Below are positions 60,301 through 64,000 of a DNA stretch of 64,000 nt, piece after piece. Numbering within the stretch: the stretch's first letter is position 1; each line of letters starts with the position of its first letter. The notes beneath the pieces were generated by a model. The model was not told the origin of the DNA, ran no database searches, and saw nothing but the letters and a program-made list of their open reading frames with translations. Where the stretch lies: NCBI GenBank assembly GCA_005222975.1, contig NJBI01000010.1, positions 19,921 to 83,920 of the forward strand, given 5' to 3'. A program made the translations under genes and the position numbers. Source of the DNA: Promethearchaeota archaeon Loki_b31. GTDB taxonomy: Archaea; Asgardarchaeota; Lokiarchaeia; Sigyniarchaeales; SOKP01.

Positions 60301-61839
60301 TTATATCCTTTCTATCATCATACCTCCTAAAATGATGGGTCCACCAGTCGAATTATATATTTTCTCGGCTTTTTTTAATTTGTTTTGACTATCAGAATGA
60401 ATTTTAAAGATTAAATCTCCTTCCTTTATTCTTGCTCCTTGCTTTTTAAAAATCTCAACACCAGAAAATTTTGAATAGGGGCAACCAGTAGCTTTAGCTA
60501 TACTGTTAATAATTGCGTTGTTTACTCCAGTTATATGTCCTGCTTTAATAGCAAAAAATTCTTTAGAATGGGTGCCTATTTTAATATCTTTGGGTTTTAT
60601 TTCTGGATTTCCACCCTGGACTTCGATTATTCTTTTCATTTTTTCATAAGCCTTACCAGAACGCAATATCTCTTTAGCTAAGCTTTGTCCTTTCCCTTTC
60701 TGAGCCTTTCCACCCATTTCAAGCAATATGCCCGCTAAATCGGTTGCTTTCTCAATCAAAGAATTCGGACCTGCAGAATAATCCATAAGCAAAGTTAACG
60801 CTTCTTTAGCTTCTAATCCCGGGCCAATTGCGTGACCAATTGGTTGATGGGCAAGAGTTAGGGCACACTCCGCTTCAATCCCCACATTTTTTGCAATTTC
60901 TTTAAATAAATAAGCAAACTGTTTCCCATTATCTGGAGTAGGGAATTTTGTTCCTTCGCCAACAGGTATATCTAATACGAGTTTTTTAACTCCAAGAGAA
61001 AGTTTTTTAGTGAGTATAGATGGAATCATAAGTCCTACTGGATCCATGTGGAGTGGGCGTTCAATTTCGATCAATATATTATCTGCAGGCGAAGTATTTA
61101 GAGCTCCACCCCATATAATGCACGCTTTTTCTTTCGATACAATGCTTTTTAATTTTTCAGCATCAAAAGCAACAGGAGCCAGAACTTCCATAGAATCAGC
61201 AGTTCCAGAGGGAGAGGTTATAGCTCTTGTCGATGACTTTGGAATTGTCAACCCAGCAGCAGCGACAATTGGAACAATGATAAGCGTAACTTTATTTCCT
61301 GGCACACCACCTGTCGAATGCTTGTCATAAACGTCCGGTCCGAAGTCGAAAAGCTCTCCACTTCTTGCTTCAGCATAAGTCAATGCTGTCATCTCTTCGT
61401 TATCCATGCCATTTATAGACACCGCCGTTATAAATGCTGCTAAGTCGATTCTTGATAAAGAACCAGAGACTGTATCGTGAATTATACTATTGATTTCTTC
61501 AGTTGTTAGTTTAGTCCCTCTTATTTTTTTCTGAATATATTTAAAAGAATCAGGCGGATCTGCCGGTTTAACGGATATCATCATATTGTCAACTAAATCT
61601 TTTTTCTCCTTAAGGATATCTAAAAAAATTCCGATCTCTCCAGGGTGAACCAAAGAATTAGAATAATCAATTTGTAGTATTGCCACCCAATATTTATCTT
61701 CAAGAGATTTTGATTGAGGATTTTTTACGACAATACGTTCGCCGGCTTTCTGTCCTAATTCTTGAGCGTCTTTAATATTAAGAACAACATCTTTGGTATT
61801 CCCAGTTTCGAAATTAATTTCTTTTACTTTTAGCTTCAT
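60301..61839 (-). CDS. AMP phosphorylase (thymidine phosphorylase family)
   Basis: DKHSTGGVPGNK and KSSTRAITSPSGTADSMEVL motifs; archaeal N-terminal domain. Confidence 0.92.
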   Translation of the reverse strand: MKLKVKEINFETGNTKDVVLNIKDAQELGQKAGERIVVKNPQSKSLEDKYWVAILQIDYSNSLVHPGEIGIFLDILKEKKDLVDNMMISVKPADPPDSFKYIQKKIRGTKLTTEEINSIIHDTVSGSLSRIDLAAFITAVSINGMDNEEMTALTYAEARSGELFDFGPDVYDKHSTGGVPGNKVTLIIVPIVAAAGLTIPKSSTRAITSPSGTADSMEVLAPVAFDAEKLKSIVSKEKACIIWGGALNTSPADNILIEIERPLHMDPVGLMIPSILTKKLSLGVKKLVLDIPVGEGTKFPTPDNGKQFAYLFKEIAKNVGIEAECALTLAHQPIGHAIGPGLEAKEALTLLMDYSAGPNSLIEKATDLAGILLEMGGKAQKGKGQSLAKEILRSGKAYEKMKRIIEVQGGNPEIKPKDIKIGTHSKEFFAIKAGHITGVNNAIINSIAKATGCPYSKFSGVEIFKKQGARIKEGDLIFKIHSDSQNKLKKAEKIYNSTGGPIILGGMMIERI

Positions 61840-61948
61840 AATATCAAAATTTTATGTAATTAATTATTAATTAGAGAGCTTGATTAAATAAATTTAATTG
61901 AAATTTTTACAATTGTATTAGGTTTTTTCGATTATTTATTTATTCATT

Positions 61949-64000
61949 TCTTAAGTTTACAAGTTAACAACTTTTTTTATATTTTTTTGTAATATCTCTT
62001 ATTTTTCTTTCCGACATTATTTCTTCAGTATTTTAAGTTCTTAGAATTGTTCAAAACTGCGTTTAACAGATTAATTGAGTGATTTCTTCATTTAAAAGAG
62101 ATTTTGCTCTATTTTGATTCCATCCCCCCTACTCTTGAAGAATATTCGCTAATTCAATAAGATGAATCTAGTTTTTATAGGCGATAAATTTATAAACCTT
62201 CCCCCCTATTATTAATTATGGTTTATTTAACTCGAAAAAAAAAGAAAGGGAAATATTACCTGTATTTGGAAGAAAAGGCTTGGATCAACGGTCGTACTCG
62301 TCGTGTTTGGCAAAAATATCTGGGTCCAGAAGATAAACTTAAAGATATTAAGTTTAATAGTCTGTTAACAAGACTTGATAATAAAGTGGAGGTAAGAATT
62401 ATCGAGTTCGGGATTTCCGCAGCTTTATGGCAAATGGCAGAGGAGATTGAATTAGCCAAGATTATTGATGCTCATACTGGAAAAGAGAGGAATCAAAACT
62501 TATCTTTGGGTGAGTACATTACCATTGCAGCCATAAATCGCTGTGTTGCCCCTTGTTCAAAATCTAAATTAAAACAATGGTACGAGAAGGACTGGCTTTC
62601 CACGAGATACGACATTGAGCCCAAAGTATTGAATGCCCAGACCTATTGGAACCACTTTCAATACCTAAATAAAGAGGTTCTTGCGCAAATTGAACTCGCA
62701 TTCGGGCAGTTTGTGGTTGATAAGTACGACCTTGACCTTGACAGCTTATTCTACGACCCTACTAATTTTTTTACGTTTTCTAAAGGAGGTGAAGGAAGCG
62801 AATTGCTTCAATTCGGGCACTCTAAAGAAAATCGAAACGGATGTCGCCTTGTAAATTATTCGCTACTATGTGCTCGAGAATCGGGAATCCCTTTGATGCA
62901 CGAAACATACGCAGGAAACGTTCAAGACGCACGGGAATTTAAAGAGGTGCCGCAACGAATAGCAAACCGCCTTCGTGCACTCGGAAGGGACCCCGAGCGA
63001 ATTACGTTGGTGTTTGATAAAGGAAACCATTCAAAAGAAGCGTTTGCTGCCATCGATCAAATGGGGTTAGGTTTTATTGCCTCCAGAAAAAATTCGACTC
63101 ACAAGGAACTTCTCCACACGCCTCGGGATAAATTCATCAAGACGGTATTACCGCTAACAAAAAAGGCGGTCGAGTACTTTAAGACGACTAAGAAGATATA
63201 CGGGAAAAATCGGATTCTTTACGTTGTCCTCGATCCGTTGAAACAGAAGAAACACGCTATTAAATTTAACGAAAACCTTGAAAAAAAGGTTCTTGAAATT
63301 AAGGAGTACTTTAAAGACCGTTTGAACGTAAAAATGTGGTCTAAAAAAGAAGCGGTCGAGAAGAAGCTGAAATCCATAATCGGCAGAAGACCCCTTACAG
63401 ATGTAATTATTACCGAAGTTCTGGGTACGGACGGAAACATGACTCTAAAAGTTTCAATTGATGAGAAAGCCAGAAAAGCACACGAGGCAACGCTGGGACG
63501 GACAATATTATTCACTAATCGCGAAGAGTGGACCCCTGAGGCCGTTATTTGGGGATATAGAGAACAATACATTGTAGAACACGCCTTTCGGGACATGAAA
63601 AGTCCAACTTCTATTGCCATTCGACCGATGTATCACCACGCAGACTCCTCTGTCCGGGCTCATGTGTTCTTGTGCGTGATTTCCTTGCTTTTATTATCGC
63701 TACTCAGGTTGAAATTGGCGAGAAAATCGGTACCTACGAGTTACAACGAGCTTCTCAGCGAACTAAGAGCAATACACGCTCTTAAAATTTTAACCAGCCC
63801 AAAAGCAAAACCTCTTTGGAAACTTGAAAAAATTCCTAAAAACGCTTCAAAGCTTTTCAAGACGCTAAATTTAAGGCGTCTACTGCCAAATTAAGAATCC
63901 ATCCCCCCCTACTTTTTTCTTCAAAGTCTTTAAATTCATTAATGTCGTTAGTTATATTAAGAAAAACTTTTTTTTTGATACTTAACTTGTAAACTTAAGA
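61949..64000 (+). mobile_element. IS1634-family insertion sequence
   Basis: Perfect 19-bp terminal inverted repeats TCTTAAGTTTACAAGTTAA (61949-61967) and TTAACTTGTAAACTTAAGA (63982-64000) enclose a transposase; GC is higher than in the flanks. Confidence 0.9.
62218..63894 (+). CDS. IS1634-family DDE transposase
   Basis: YDPTNF, GHSK, GNVQD, VFDKG, Y..Q..VEHAFRDMK and IRPMYH...VRAHVFLC motifs. Confidence 0.92.
   Translation: MVYLTRKKKKGKYYLYLEEKAWINGRTRRVWQKYLGPEDKLKDIKFNSLLTRLDNKVEVRIIEFGISAALWQMAEEIELAKIIDAHTGKERNQNLSLGEYITIAAINRCVAPCSKSKLKQWYEKDWLSTRYDIEPKVLNAQTYWNHFQYLNKEVLAQIELAFGQFVVDKYDLDLDSLFYDPTNFFTFSKGGEGSELLQFGHSKENRNGCRLVNYSLLCARESGIPLMHETYAGNVQDAREFKEVPQRIANRLRALGRDPERITLVFDKGNHSKEAFAAIDQMGLGFIASRKNSTHKELLHTPRDKFIKTVLPLTKKAVEYFKTTKKIYGKNRILYVVLDPLKQKKHAIKFNENLEKKVLEIKEYFKDRLNVKMWSKKEAVEKKLKSIIGRRPLTDVIITEVLGTDGNMTLKVSIDEKARKAHEATLGRTILFTNREEWTPEAVIWGYREQYIVEHAFRDMKSPTSIAIRPMYHHADSSVRAHVFLCVISLLLLSLLRLKLARKSVPTSYNELLSELRAIHALKILTSPKAKPLWKLEKIPKNASKLFKTLNLRRLLPN

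Noticed and set aside
47239-61839. AMP phosphorylase plus RuBisCO as a nucleoside-salvage CO2-fixing pathway
   Set aside because: The RuBisCO homolog lacks key carboxylase residues (form IV), the genes are ~12 kb apart, and no R15P isomerase is present in the window.
1280-63620. Short antisense or overlapping ORFs in the track (e.g. 1280..1564, 7494..7796, 21723..22049, 31190..31546, 48024..48347, 53402..53779, 61010..61330, 63219..63620)
   Set aside because: They are shadows of well-supported genes on the opposite strand and carry no motifs.

Overview
AT-rich archaeal window, almost certainly from an Asgard archaeon (Lokiarchaeia-like). The assignment rests on archaeal information genes (rps4, rps13, eS25, histone, ATP-dependent ligase, intron-containing tRNA-Ser) together with many eukaryotic-signature-type proteins (Rab- and Arf/Rag-like GTPases, longin-like, gelsolin-like, HEAT+LRR and Bud23-like proteins). 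Main observations: (1) At least five genes (rps4, HIT, Zn-ribbon/longin, HEAT-LRR, AOR) have conserved N-termini that can only be translated from non-canonical ATC/ATT/ATA starts. Each start lies just after an in-frame stop and a Shine-Dalgarno-like motif. (2) An hdrA-mvhD-frhB operon carries four in-frame UGA (selenocysteine) codons and one eukaryote-like SECIS candidate. (3) A 1410-aa membrane-anchored LamG glycoprotein is translationally coupled to, and flanked by, two longin + winged-helix (NPRL2/uDENN-like) paralogs with locally identical DNA, near a Rag/Arf-like GTPase. This is a candidate surface-receptor/small-GTPase signalling cassette. (4) The window also holds an IS1634-family element, several apparent pseudoenzymes and a nonsense-interrupted MFS gene. 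All family assignments come from motif recognition by eye; no searches were run.
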